Below the pieces are notes generated by a model. It was not told where the DNA came from, did not search any database, and saw nothing but the letters and a program-made list of their open reading frames with translations. From positions 248,001-312,000 of the IMG/VR virus record IMGVR_UViG_3300020469_003050: a DNA stretch of 64,000 bases; one strand, 5' to 3'. A program made the translations under genes and the position numbers. Positions 9,750 to 19,810 of the stretch are shown here, one piece after another. Each line of letters opens with the position of its first letter. Position 1 is the stretch's first letter.

Positions 9750-10522
9750 TGGAACAATATAAAGGCAAATTACAGTTAGTTAACACATTTACAGAAAGTA
9801 GATTGTTTAGAACAAAACAAAATCAAAATAAAACAAATGTAGATGATGCGGCTGAGTTATCATTTGCTTACATGATGATTTTAAATATGTTTAATAAAGA
9901 CTATGAGTTTGCTCCATTGGCGTCTGATTATGCAAGTAGAACAGTAGCATATCGTAACTTTGATTATTTCAGAACAAGTGGTACAGACTTGTATGTAATG
10001 ATTAATAGATTGATTGGCAAAGAAGTCAACGATGATGATCCAAGAGATAAGATTGCATTAAGTCGTATTAATTTAAAAAGACAAGAAGCTATAAGATATC
10101 TAAGTCATATAGCGGCAAACAAGTCTGAATCAGGATTTGAACAAAGAATGCTACTAAGATTTCAAAGAGATTTAAACATACAAGATGGAATGCTTAAATC
10201 AATGAGAAGATTAATAGGTGACTGGGATAATTTAAGTCAGAATCAAAGAGCCCTAGTTACTACTAGAATGATGCAATATTTACGTAGAAAAGCAATGCGT
10301 AGTGAGTTGATGCCAGCGTTAGCTAAGTTCCAAAAGCGTGGAAACTACATAGTTAATGACAAAAAAGACACTAAAAAGAAGATTTGGGACAGCCCAATCA
10401 CTAAAGCAGGTGTGGCAATTGGTGCAATTTACGGTGCAGGTAAGCTAGGAAAAGAGTTAGGTAAGACTTCTTATCAAACTGGACGTAATTTAGGCGGAAA
10501 ATTCCAGTCTCGTGGCAAGTAA
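9746..10522 (+). CDS. Hypothetical late (virion) protein
   Basis: GAGG SD before ATG 9746; FTESRLFR. Confidence 0.7.
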   Translation: MMEQYKGKLQLVNTFTESRLFRTKQNQNKTNVDDAAELSFAYMMILNMFNKDYEFAPLASDYASRTVAYRNFDYFRTSGTDLYVMINRLIGKEVNDDDPRDKIALSRINLKRQEAIRYLSHIAANKSESGFEQRMLLRFQRDLNIQDGMLKSMRRLIGDWDNLSQNQRALVTTRMMQYLRRKAMRSELMPALAKFQKRGNYIVNDKKDTKKKIWDSPITKAGVAIGAIYGAGKLGKELGKTSYQTGRNLGGKFQSRGK

Positions 10523-10545
10523 ACGCCCACTTTTTTGCAAAAAAA

Positions 10546-10553
10546 GATAAATA
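10546..10553 (+). promoter_or_regulatory. Late promoter GATAAATA
   Basis: Recurrent motif. Confidence 0.65.
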
Positions 10554-10613
10554 AAAGCATAGAGCAATACAATTTTATAATGCTCGAGGAAATATCTATT
10601 TAGGAGAACTAAA

Positions 10614-10877
10614 ATGGCAAAAGTACATGAAACATATTCAGCAGGTCAATTCCTTACTGGTAACTTAAATCACTTCACAGTGACAAAGACTGGTATGGCG
10701 GCGTCTGACATGAAAGCAGTAATCGAAGGTGCAGGAACACGTGCTACAGTAGTACTAGTTGGTGCTATCGATGGTAACGATGTAAGAATCGCAGTAGAAA
10801 ACAACGGCGCATGGGATGCCGCTGGTTTAGACGCGGCTCTAGGTGCTGATTTCTCAGTAGCCGACTTCGCATACTAA
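10614..10877 (+). CDS. Small abundant virion protein candidate
   Basis: Own late promoter, strong AGGAG SD and terminator; N-terminus similar to the 11018 ORF. Confidence 0.65.
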   Translation: MAKVHETYSAGQFLTGNLNHFTVTKTGMAASDMKAVIEGAGTRATVVLVGAIDGNDVRIAVENNGAWDAAGLDAALGADFSVADFAY

Positions 10878-10926
10878 TTTTTACCCCCCTGGACTTAACA
10901 GTCCAACCCACACTTTGCGTGTATTT

Positions 10927-10956
10927 AAAAAGACCCTTTAACGAGGGTCTTTTTTT
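10927..10956 (+). terminator. Intrinsic terminator
   Basis: AAAAAGACCCT..AGGGTCTTTTTTT. Confidence 0.85.
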
Positions 10957-10979
10957 ACCTCTAACTTACCAACCACTTT

Positions 10980-10987
10980 GATAAATA
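10980..10987 (+). promoter_or_regulatory. Late promoter GATAAATA
   Basis: Recurrent motif. Confidence 0.65.
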
Positions 10988-11017
10988 CATATATAATTAA
11001 ATATTGGAGAAAACAAT

Positions 11018-11410
11018 ATGGCAAAGATACATGGTGCCGCTAGTGCAGGCGAAACTTTAGGCGGTAATATAAATTTTTATACATTATATGTTAGTGGTTT
11101 AGATATAACTGCAACAGGTAGTGTAGCAGACCAGACACAACAAAACCTTGATGATGTTGTTAACCTAATTTCATTGGTTGCACAGCCAATCATAATGAAT
11201 AATCCAATCGCAGTTACACTTAATGGTCTAGCACCGTCGTTAACAGGCGCAGGATTTTTATTTAAGTTTGCAGTAGAGCATGGTAGAGTATTTGAAAGAA
11301 ACGGAGATACAACTTCTGTTCTTAAAGAACTATTTGAAAACGTAACTATCGATGGTGTTACGTTAGTAGAAGGTTCGAATATCGAATACGTAATGTCAGA
11401 TATACTTTAA
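11018..11410 (+). CDS. Putative virion protein, paralog-like of the 10614 ORF
   Basis: MAKIHGAASAGETLGGNINFYT vs MAKVHETYSAGQFLTGNLNHFT. Confidence 0.65.
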   Translation: MAKIHGAASAGETLGGNINFYTLYVSGLDITATGSVADQTQQNLDDVVNLISLVAQPIIMNNPIAVTLNGLAPSLTGAGFLFKFAVEHGRVFERNGDTTSVLKELFENVTIDGVTLVEGSNIEYVMSDIL

Positions 11411-11425
11411 TTCTAGGAGTTCACT

Positions 11426-12094
11426 TTGGATTGGAATCAGTTAATAGAATCCAGAGTACAAACCACTACTTGGGATTTAGAAAAAGAAGTTTCAAAAGAT
11501 ACAGTTGAATCTATTATGGATGAAGTCCATAAACGTTCAGCTTCCAAACAAAATCTAGTAAGATACGAAATTCAAATATTCGATTGGTCAGATACAGAGT
11601 TTAGAAATCATTTCAATGAACTTTGTATCAGAGAACCATATAAGACACCGGTAGAATACAATACTCAAGTCTTAGCACCTTGGTTAATTATATTAAAACG
11701 CAGAGACGGAATACATTGGAATAGAGCAGGAGACCAACCAGGATATCCTGATTTAGATTATTCGACACAACTTTATAATAGATTTGTACCAAGTGCTATG
11801 GAAACTGGTATAGCATCAGCTAACATAATATTATCTGCTAAAGCAAAAGGTATAGATACAGGCTATTGTCAGTGCTTTAATTGGGAATATGAACATGCAA
11901 ATGTAATACTAGATAAACTAGGAGTAGATGATGCAAAGGATGTTTATGTATCTCTAGGACTAGGACATGGTTCTTCTCTAAAAAGAACACTTAATTTACA
12001 TACAAATCAATGGTATAATACTTTTGCACATGTTGGTAATATGTGGGAAAGAGAACCTAAGCCAAATAAAGAAGATTACATTAAATTCGCATAA
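11426..12094 (+). CDS. Nitroreductase-family protein
   Basis: IESR..W, ASKQN, ETGIASANIILSAKAKGIDTGYCQCF, LGLG. Confidence 0.7.
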   Translation: MDWNQLIESRVQTTTWDLEKEVSKDTVESIMDEVHKRSASKQNLVRYEIQIFDWSDTEFRNHFNELCIREPYKTPVEYNTQVLAPWLIILKRRDGIHWNRAGDQPGYPDLDYSTQLYNRFVPSAMETGIASANIILSAKAKGIDTGYCQCFNWEYEHANVILDKLGVDDAKDVYVSLGLGHGSSLKRTLNLHTNQWYNTFAHVGNMWEREPKPNKEDYIKFA

Positions 12095-12162
12095 AAAATT
12101 TTTGAATTAAAATGATAAATACAAACAATGGGATTATAGTTCCCTAGTTTGGAGTTATTATT

Positions 12163-12420
12163 ATGGCAGGAATTGATAGCAAATTAGCACAGTTAGAGAC
12201 AGAGAGTTTAGAAACTCATGTGGCTGTTGCTCATGAACGATTTAAAAACCTTGATACAAGCATTGCTAGACTAGAAAGTGTAGTCGAAAAGAATGCCTCT
12301 GAAACTAAGGAAGGTCTTTCAGAACTTAAAAAAATTATTATCTGGGCAAGTTCTACATTATTTGCCACTATGTTATTAGCCTTATTGACAACTGTTTTTG
12401 GTACATCGGTAGGTTTATAA
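12163..12420 (+). CDS. Coiled-coil protein with C-terminal TM (holin/XhlA-like candidate)
   Basis: LETHVAVAHERF coiled coil, single C-terminal TM; late promoter at 12114. Confidence 0.5.
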   Translation: MAGIDSKLAQLETESLETHVAVAHERFKNLDTSIARLESVVEKNASETKEGLSELKKIIIWASSTLFATMLLALLTTVFGTSVGL

Positions 12421-12698
12421 TGCAGGTATTTGAAGTACTCCAGCCAGTAGAAGAAGCCAAGCTAGTTTATGCCAGAAAGGGCAGACAGATTGTACGTAAG
12501 TACAGATGTTCATCTGGCAGACTAAAGGGTAAAACTGTTTCAAACCCAACTGCTTGTTTTAAGCCAGTTGATATTAAAAAGAGATTTACTCTTGCAAGAA
12601 CTAAAGCAAAGCTGGGATCAAGACTAAAAAGAAAATCAGCTATGACAAGAAGAATGAACCCGGCAAGTAGACGTTTAAAAACGTTGAACAAAAGGTAA
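12420..12698 (+). CDS. Basic late protein (putative head-internal)
   Basis: MQVFEVLQPVEE leader, K/R-rich body. Confidence 0.7.
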   Translation: MQVFEVLQPVEEAKLVYARKGRQIVRKYRCSSGRLKGKTVSNPTACFKPVDIKKRFTLARTKAKLGSRLKRKSAMTRRMNPASRRLKTLNKR

Positions 12699-12710
12699 AG
12701 AGAGGATATT

Positions 12711-13601
12711 ATGGATTTAAAAAATAAAATCAAAGAGTCTATGAGAACAGAAAGTATAAATGATAAGATTGCCGACATTGCAGATTTAGTTGGTGAGAAA
12801 GAAGAAGTTGTACGTGAAAGATTAAAGACTTTAGATTTCAGACAATACATTGAACTTATTAAAGCAGTTAGAGATACACAAATGGAAACTGCTAGAGACA
12901 TTTTAGGTCTTGGTATGGGTGAATCAAAGTATTATTATGATGGAAAAGTATCCCTAATATCTCCAGAAGAATTCAAAAAAATTCATAAAGATTTTAAAAA
13001 TGACACACCAGGTGAAGAACGTATGGTTATTTTAGATCCTGAGTCAGGTGCAACTATTTCAGTACCAGTTAAATTTATGAATGAAGAAACAGAAGAAACA
13101 GAAGAAGTAAACGAAGACGAAAAACAAATCGCGGCAGATATTAAAGATTATGTTGACGACCACAAAAAACATTTTGATGCATATCCAATGGATGTAGAAG
13201 TTGATGATAGAGTTTACGACTATGATGAGTACTGGAAAATATTAGATAAGTATTATCCAGTGAATGAATATAATCAAGGTGGAACAATGTCTCCGGGCGA
13301 AATGAGAGGTGCTCAAGCACAACAATCAGCGGCGGCTCAACAACAAGGACAAGATACGTCTCCACAAAATAAAACTAAAAAAGCACAAGCAATGCAGAGA
13401 TTAGGTAAAAAGAATTTAGGTGGTGCTACTGCACAACAGGCGGCAGATGCATTAGACAAAGCAGGACAAGGTAAAACACTTACACCAATTCAACGTAAAG
13501 CAATGGCCCAACAAGCGGCATCAGTTGACCAATTAGCGGCAGATCCAAAAACTGCAACACAGTTTAGAAATTTATTAAATAAACTAAATCAAGGGAAATA
13601 G
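12711..13601 (+). CDS. Modular late protein (putative head-internal/core)
   Basis: Several xxE boundaries, acidic middle, Q/A-rich tail. Confidence 0.65.
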   Translation: MDLKNKIKESMRTESINDKIADIADLVGEKEEVVRERLKTLDFRQYIELIKAVRDTQMETARDILGLGMGESKYYYDGKVSLISPEEFKKIHKDFKNDTPGEERMVILDPESGATISVPVKFMNEETEETEEVNEDEKQIAADIKDYVDDHKKHFDAYPMDVEVDDRVYDYDEYWKILDKYYPVNEYNQGGTMSPGEMRGAQAQQSAAAQQQGQDTSPQNKTKKAQAMQRLGKKNLGGATAQQAADALDKAGQGKTLTPIQRKAMAQQAASVDQLAADPKTATQFRNLLNKLNQGK

Positions 13602-13605
13602 TTTT

Positions 13606-13800
13606 ATGAGATTGCAAGAAGTTTTAGGCGGAATTTATGTAATGATTACTGAGGAAGAAAGTGATTTATTTCTTAAGTACTTTTCAGAAAATCAATACGT
13701 ACATGAATCTCAATTATCTGAAAGAGAACAGGTAGTTGCAGAAAGACTATCACACAAAGGTGTTCTTGTACCTTCACTCAGAGGGTATAGGACTGTATAA
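13606..13800 (+). CDS. Hypothetical late protein
   Basis: ORF in operon. Confidence 0.65.
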   Translation: MRLQEVLGGIYVMITEEESDLFLKYFSENQYVHESQLSEREQVVAERLSHKGVLVPSLRGYRTV

Positions 13801-13811
13801 CGGAGGACAAA

Positions 13812-14453
13812 ATGACTGGACCAAGTAGAGCGGATGTAGGTGCAATGGCAAATCTTCTTAAAGCATTAAATGGCGATAAGAATGGATTAAAAGCACAGAC
13901 AGAAGCACAACAATCTCAGGGTGGGAACGAGATAGTGGATGTAAGTCCTGGTGTAAAAACTGCGGACATCAAAGCAATGGAAAATATTATGAGAAATTTC
14001 CAGAGTGCTACATCTAATGTTGCACAGAAAGTTGCAACAACAATTAATGAGTCGAAAAAAACCGAAAAAGGAGTACAGGTAGGTTTATATTCTGTAGAAA
14101 AAACTCCTGAAACATCATTTAATATTGTAGACAGTAGAACAAATGATACTCTATTTGAAGATTTAAGAGCATATGAGACAGCATATGTGATTGTACATCA
14201 TTTAAATGAAGGTAAAAAGATTAATTCACAAGAGATAACTAAGGTTATTTCAACAAATGCAGTATTCGAAAAATTCTATTTCGATGCTTTACAGCATAAA
14301 AATACTTATAAACAAGCAAAAAAGCGTGGTGATTTAGGCAAGATGGACATTGCAGAAGCTAGATTTAGCAGAGCAAAAGCAGAAGCCTGGAACGCAAAAA
14401 AGCAAGTAAATGAGATATATGAGGCTGTGTCTAATCAAAAACCACTAATTTAA
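13812..14453 (+). CDS. Hypothetical late protein
   Basis: GGAGG SD. Confidence 0.75.
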   Translation: MTGPSRADVGAMANLLKALNGDKNGLKAQTEAQQSQGGNEIVDVSPGVKTADIKAMENIMRNFQSATSNVAQKVATTINESKKTEKGVQVGLYSVEKTPETSFNIVDSRTNDTLFEDLRAYETAYVIVHHLNEGKKINSQEITKVISTNAVFEKFYFDALQHKNTYKQAKKRGDLGKMDIAEARFSRAKAEAWNAKKQVNEIYEAVSNQKPLI

Positions 14454-14507
14454 TTTAAAAAGATAAATACATAATATAAACACATATTATGTAATGGGGC
14501 AATTACC

Positions 14508-15344
14508 ATGAGAAGTACAAACTTTTTTAAAACAGATACTATAATAGTATCGTCAAAATTAAATGACTATCTAAAGTCTAACTTCAATTATTCAGTTGAA
14601 GGTGACTTAGAATCATTAAGCGAGGCTAAAGATAAGCTGGAAGCTAAGAAACGTGAAATGCGTTCAGACTATCAAAATCGTGAGTATGTAGAGACTATGA
14701 TGATGCTAGAAACAGTAAAATCATTGTTAAAAGCACACAAAGAGCAAACACTAGACGAAGGTGGAAAACACAAGTATGTCAGTGATGCTCAACGTAAAGC
14801 AGTTCACGCCAAGAAGGCCGAAGAAAACACTAAAACAAAGGAACCAAAAATGGAAAACACAGATAAAAAATCTGCCGAGGTTTCTAATGAAAATTTAGAA
14901 GAAAGTCTTTTAGACCAGTTGAACAAACTACTAGAAGGTGATGCGGCTGAGGCTGAAATTACAATGGCGGCACGTGGTATCGTAGATGAACTACAAGACG
15001 TTATCGAAAAATTAGGCAAAATTCAAAACGACCAGATAGGACCACTATCTGATGAAATGGCTTACACACATGGACCAGACCAAGCAGAGACATTTAAATC
15101 TTCTGTTGATTCAGCGATTGCTAGTTTACTAGACTCGGCTCGTTCAGCAAAAGATTCAGTAAACAGTGCGGCTCTAGTTCTTTCAGGTGAAGCACCGGCA
15201 AGCGATATGGCACCAACTGATACAGAACTTGGTGGCGATATGCAGGCAGATATGGAAGATGATATCACAGCCGATATTGCAGGTGGCGATGAGTCAGCAT
15301 CAGGTGAAGTTGATGAACCTCTTGGCCGTGCGAAAAGAGACTAA
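14508..15344 (+). CDS. Acidic scaffold/prohead-core-like protein
   Basis: Late promoter at 14462; coiled coil, YVSDAQRKAV module, very acidic tail ending EPLGRAKR. Confidence 0.55.
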   Translation: MRSTNFFKTDTIIVSSKLNDYLKSNFNYSVEGDLESLSEAKDKLEAKKREMRSDYQNREYVETMMMLETVKSLLKAHKEQTLDEGGKHKYVSDAQRKAVHAKKAEENTKTKEPKMENTDKKSAEVSNENLEESLLDQLNKLLEGDAAEAEITMAARGIVDELQDVIEKLGKIQNDQIGPLSDEMAYTHGPDQAETFKSSVDSAIASLLDSARSAKDSVNSAALVLSGEAPASDMAPTDTELGGDMQADMEDDITADIAGGDESASGEVDEPLGRAKRD

Positions 15345-15346
15345 GA

Positions 15347-15670
15347 ATGAAAATTTCGAGTCTGTTAAGCGAAGATGCTAATTATAATGCACAGATGCGT
15401 AACGATGTAAATGCGTATCTAGTGAGATTAAAAGCAAATGATATTGGTACTGTTGGTACTGATATGATGGTTGACGAATTGACTCAAATGGGGTACAGTG
15501 TTACTCCCGAAAGTTTAGTAGATATGTTAGCTAACAGTAAGTATGTTAGCAAAGTAACAGTTGACACTATTGATTTAGCTGGAGCCCCATCCGGCAAAAC
15601 TGATGGTGAAAAGGATAGTGAGAAAGTTAAAAAACTTGCTATCAAAACAGCGAATAAGAGGATAAAATAA
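15347..15670 (+). CDS. Hypothetical late protein
   Basis: MKISSLLSE leader. Confidence 0.7.
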   Translation: MKISSLLSEDANYNAQMRNDVNAYLVRLKANDIGTVGTDMMVDELTQMGYSVTPESLVDMLANSKYVSKVTVDTIDLAGAPSGKTDGEKDSEKVKKLAIKTANKRIK

Positions 15671-16113
15671 TGGGCTTAATTGTAAAAGGCGAACATAAAA
15701 TTATTTCTAAAAAAGAAATGGCAAATAAGGTCGCTCAGGATATCGAAAATAACGCTAAAGACGGTATGGAAAAAATGACCGATTCTCAAAAAGAAATTCG
15801 TAAAGAAATCGCCAGTGCTAAAAGACACCGTGAATTCATGCAAAGAGTAGCTACGAAAAAAGCAGTTTCAGTTAGAGAAGAACGTGAAATAGCTGAGAAA
15901 GAAGTTATCGAAACACCTGAGATTATTGTTGAAGCAAGAGCAGAAAAAGAAGAAGTAATGGCTTCTAAATCTGTATCACTTGGACAAAGACCAGATTTCA
16001 ATTCAATGACTAAAAAAGAAATTGATATGTGGGCTGATGAAAATCTAGGTTTAGCACTAGACCGTAGAAAAACTAAAGCAGATTTAATTAAACAAATCAA
16101 CGAAAATCTATAA
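15670..16113 (+). CDS. Protein with C-terminal HeH/Rho-N-like nucleic-acid-binding helix pair
   Basis: DFNSMTKKEIDMWADENLGLALDRRKTKADLIKQI. Confidence 0.55.
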   Translation: MGLIVKGEHKIISKKEMANKVAQDIENNAKDGMEKMTDSQKEIRKEIASAKRHREFMQRVATKKAVSVREEREIAEKEVIETPEIIVEARAEKEEVMASKSVSLGQRPDFNSMTKKEIDMWADENLGLALDRRKTKADLIKQINENL

Positions 16114-16120
16114 GTTTCTC

Positions 16121-16149
16121 TTGCATTGTTTAAGTTTTTATAGTATACT
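16121..16149 (+). promoter_or_regulatory. Sigma70 promoter; predicted +1 is the exonuclease ATG
   Basis: TTGCAT-17-TATACT; ATG 7 nt after the -10. Confidence 0.7.
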
Positions 16150-16155
16150 ATAAGT

Positions 16156-16845
16156 ATGCTAAATGAAAAATTTAAATATCAATCGCTTGAGCGTGTCAAT
16201 ATTGATGGTTCCCGCCATTATCAGACACCCGGAGGCAAACCATTGCCAAGTGTAACTACAGTACTAGATGCACTTAAAGACAAAACAGCATTACATGAAT
16301 GGCGTAAAAGAGTAGGCGATGATGAAGCAAATCGCATTATGAAACTTGCTACAGGCATAGGCACACAAGTTCACTTACATATCGAAAAATTTATACTTGA
16401 AGAAGATAGACCAAATGGATCTAATCTTATTCATCAAATGGCAAAAGAATTATCAAACATTGTTATTGAAAAAGGACTCTCAAATGTAGATGAAGTTTGG
16501 GGTACAGAAGTTCCTCTGTATTATCCCGGATTATATGCAGGCACCACAGATTGTGTTGGTGTATGGAAAGGTAAACCTGCAATCATCGACTTTAAGACTT
16601 CTCGTAAACCAAAGAAACGTGAATGGATTGATGATTACTTTTTACAAGGTGCCGCATATTCGGCCGCACACAATGAAATACATGGAACAGATATTAAAAC
16701 TATTGTAATTATGATGATTGGTTGGGACGAAGAAGCAGACAATAAAGGCAATTATCAAGAATTTGTCGTAGAAGAACCTGAATTTAATAAGTATTCACTG
16801 CAATGGGCGAACAAGGTTCAAGAGTATTTTGATAAATACATGTAG
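16156..16845 (+). CDS. PD-(D/E)xK exonuclease (RecB/Cas4/MGME1-like)
   Basis: PSVTTVL, GTQVH, YAGTTD, IIDFKTS, YFLQGAAY. Confidence 0.88.
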   Translation: MLNEKFKYQSLERVNIDGSRHYQTPGGKPLPSVTTVLDALKDKTALHEWRKRVGDDEANRIMKLATGIGTQVHLHIEKFILEEDRPNGSNLIHQMAKELSNIVIEKGLSNVDEVWGTEVPLYYPGLYAGTTDCVGVWKGKPAIIDFKTSRKPKKREWIDDYFLQGAAYSAAHNEIHGTDIKTIVIMMIGWDEEADNKGNYQEFVVEEPEFNKYSLQWANKVQEYFDKYM

Positions 16846-16862
16846 TAACTAGGAGTTTTTAG

Positions 16863-18725
16863 ATGGCTACAACAAATGTTAAAATCTTATTAAGACGCGG
16901 ATTCAGAAATGAAATTGGCAACGATACCCTTGAAACTGGCGAAATGGGTTTTGCTACTGATACTAATCAATTATACATTGGTATAGATAAAGCAATAAAC
17001 GAAGTACGTTTTGATCCATTTGCAAACGCACAATCAGTTATTCAATCTTGGTTAGACAGTGCAGATAATCCAGAACCTGGATTAAAAGTTGATGAAGACC
17101 TAGTTATTCGTCAAGTAACAGATGTTGATGCATTACTTGATGCAATGAATTTCTTTGTACAGACAATTACATTTGATACGATATCAACAACATTTACACC
17201 CGGTCATACTTTAAATCAAAAATATAATAAAGAATTAACAGATCCTGCTCAATATGTAATTTATGAAACAGGTGAAATTCTTTCTACAACTGTTACAGCC
17301 ACTACTACTGAGGTTACAGTAAAAATAAGTGAATCAGGACGATTTGATGAAGTTGGTCAATTTTATACACCAGGCGGATTCAGAGGAGTAGCTGATGTAA
17401 CAAAAACTCTTACGGCAGATATCAACGATGCAAGTGATCCACTAATCACTCCTGTTAGTTCAGTAGAGATAAGTGATCCAGCTTTATTACCAGATGATTA
17501 TTATATTCCTGAAACTATAGATGTTAATAATGGGGTAGATGCAGAATATCAGTTAACTAGAGCAAATGCAGATTATACATATGTATACGATAGTACTAAT
17601 AAAAAGTATACTATTACTTTTGCTACACCTATTGCAGATGGTAAAGTTCAACAAGAACAAATTGGTTCAACAAGTACACTAACAGGTGATGGAACAGAAA
17701 CACAATTTAATTTGTTAACTTATCCAGACCCAGCACCATCAAGTGTTGTAGTTAAAGACAGTGGCGGAAATGTATTGGCAACTCCAGCAGATTATGAAAT
17801 CTATGACCAAAATCATGCAAACTATAATGGTGTCGTAGAAGAAATAAAATTTACTACTGCTCCAGCAATTGGTACAGTTACTATTGAATATAATGAAAAC
17901 GTTGACGTAGATGAAAACGCAAGAGTTGACACACTAAAAGTTAATTTTTCTGATAACGGTGCATTTATATATGAAACAGTTGACACTGCCGATGTAGTAA
18001 CAGATTTATCATCATTGGTTACAGTTGCTCCACATATCACAGGTGGTTCTGATTTTCGTGTAAACAGATATGCAGGTGCAAGACGTAATGTAGAAGTAGT
18101 AACAGAAAACTCATTTAATCAAATGTTTGCAGACCAACATTTAGAGGCTTTAGATGCCTCAACAGGTCTACGTTCAAGTTTATTCAACAAAGAATTAAAG
18201 CAAAGACAACACGGTCCTGATAAGTTAGAGACTGGTTTAGAATATAAGATATTAGTTGTTGGTACAAATACTGATGCCCAAGCAAATTGGAATACAGTAG
18301 CAGGAACAACTGGCGTAACATATGCAGTAGGTGATACTTTCACTGCTACTAGTCAAGTAGCGGCAGAAACAAACCAAGGTTCTGCAATTACAAATCAAGG
18401 TACATTTTTAAAATACCCTAAAAACGATTGTACATCATTTTTTATTGATTACTCGCTAAAACAAGCAGATGCAACTAATACATATGTAAGAGTTGGACAG
18501 ATAAAAGCAATTAATGGTGTGCCTCAAGGTATCAATCAAGTAAAATTAAGTGATGATAACACAGAAATTTGGCAAGACGATGGTGACAATATTGCGGAAG
18601 CTGATGAATTTTCAAACATAACTTTCACTGCTACTATAGTTGGTGATGATGTCATATTTAAATTTACACAAGATTACGACTTTGAGACAAATATAAGTTT
18701 TACGGTTAAAAGATGGACAATGTAA
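16863..18725 (+). CDS. Tail fibre/baseplate-associated virion protein
   Basis: N-terminal ILLRRG..LETGEMGFATDTNQLYIG fibre-attachment-like motif; T/D-rich beta repeats; late promoter at 16831. Confidence 0.7.
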   Translation: MATTNVKILLRRGFRNEIGNDTLETGEMGFATDTNQLYIGIDKAINEVRFDPFANAQSVIQSWLDSADNPEPGLKVDEDLVIRQVTDVDALLDAMNFFVQTITFDTISTTFTPGHTLNQKYNKELTDPAQYVIYETGEILSTTVTATTTEVTVKISESGRFDEVGQFYTPGGFRGVADVTKTLTADINDASDPLITPVSSVEISDPALLPDDYYIPETIDVNNGVDAEYQLTRANADYTYVYDSTNKKYTITFATPIADGKVQQEQIGSTSTLTGDGTETQFNLLTYPDPAPSSVVVKDSGGNVLATPADYEIYDQNHANYNGVVEEIKFTTAPAIGTVTIEYNENVDVDENARVDTLKVNFSDNGAFIYETVDTADVVTDLSSLVTVAPHITGGSDFRVNRYAGARRNVEVVTENSFNQMFADQHLEALDASTGLRSSLFNKELKQRQHGPDKLETGLEYKILVVGTNTDAQANWNTVAGTTGVTYAVGDTFTATSQVAAETNQGSAITNQGTFLKYPKNDCTSFFIDYSLKQADATNTYVRVGQIKAINGVPQGINQVKLSDDNTEIWQDDGDNIAEADEFSNITFTATIVGDDVIFKFTQDYDFETNISFTVKRWTM

Positions 18726-18726
18726 T

Positions 18727-19167
18727 ATGCAAGATAAAGCTACTTTGCTTTATGAGTGGCGACAGATTAGACTAAAACTACAAGAAAACTTCACACAAAA
18801 GCAACTACAAGATACTATGGATTGGTTCAATAAATTGAATCCAGCAGTCCATGGATTCAATTATGATGATATGTATACTTGGCCAGATATTTGGGAATAT
18901 ATCAATGAAGGTTGGTATACACTCAGTGGTAATGGTCTGGCATGTTACTTTACTTTAGATTTTGCATATCCGAGTAAAGATGTTGAGTTATGGTTAATAC
19001 ATGACATGTTCTATGGTGATATGTATTTGGTTGCATATGTAGATGGATATGTGTTAAACAGGTCAGATGGGAAAGTATGTAAGTATGAAGAACACAAAAA
19101 AGACTTGCATATTATGGAAAAATTTGATAGAATGAAGATTATTTCGACACTTAAGGATCGGAAATAA
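18727..19167 (+). CDS. Hypothetical protein
   Basis: ORF in operon. Confidence 0.7.
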   Translation: MQDKATLLYEWRQIRLKLQENFTQKQLQDTMDWFNKLNPAVHGFNYDDMYTWPDIWEYINEGWYTLSGNGLACYFTLDFAYPSKDVELWLIHDMFYGDMYLVAYVDGYVLNRSDGKVCKYEEHKKDLHIMEKFDRMKIISTLKDRK

Positions 19168-19205
19168 ATACATACATAATTAACTAGATAAATACGAGAA
19201 AGCAA

Positions 19206-19511
19206 ATGTTAAAACAAAAAAGATACGATAAAGATGATATTGTCACACTAGTAATGGTAGGTGGACAAGAATTATTAGGGAAGTTTGTTAGTGAAAGTGG
19301 AGAATATTTTATTCTAAAAAAACCATTAACACTGGTATATGGAAAGCAAATTTCATTTCAGCCATTTACTGTAACAGGTGATAGTGAAAATGAAGTAGTT
19401 CTATATTCTGATAAGATAGTTTCAGTTTTACAAACAAACAAAGAAACAACAAAGGCTTATCAATCTGCAACAAGTGGATTAGTAACGCCAGATAAAGGAT
19501 TAATTACGTAA
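19206..19511 (+). CDS. Sm/Hfq-like small beta-barrel protein
   Basis: IVTLVMVGGQELLGK..ILKKP..YQSATSGLVTP; late promoter at 19187. Confidence 0.5.
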   Translation: MLKQKRYDKDDIVTLVMVGGQELLGKFVSESGEYFILKKPLTLVYGKQISFQPFTVTGDSENEVVLYSDKIVSVLQTNKETTKAYQSATSGLVTPDKGLIT

Positions 19512-19801
19512 TGCCGGGAGCCGCAAGAACAACAGATAGCACAACTGCACACTCACCCTGTAGTCCAGGTAAATGTGATATGGGTTCTGATAATGTTATT
19601 ATCAATGGACTGAATGCATTTAGAGTTACGGACAAAGATACACCACACGGTTATATTTTATGTGTACCTCACGTTACTCCACTATCTGCAGGATCACCAA
19701 ATGTAATTGTCAATGGTAAACCATTAGGCAGAATTGGTGATGCGTTTAGTTGCGGTATTAAGGTAGCATCAGGCTCAGGCAATGTTATCGTAAATGGTTA
19801 G
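19511..19801 (+). CDS. PAAR-repeat tail spike tip protein
   Basis: MPGAARTTD, GSDNVIING, GSPNVIVNGKPLGRIGD, GSGNVIVNG. Confidence 0.9.
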   Translation: MPGAARTTDSTTAHSPCSPGKCDMGSDNVIINGLNAFRVTDKDTPHGYILCVPHVTPLSAGSPNVIVNGKPLGRIGDAFSCGIKVASGSGNVIVNG

Positions 19802-19810
19802 GAGTTGAGG

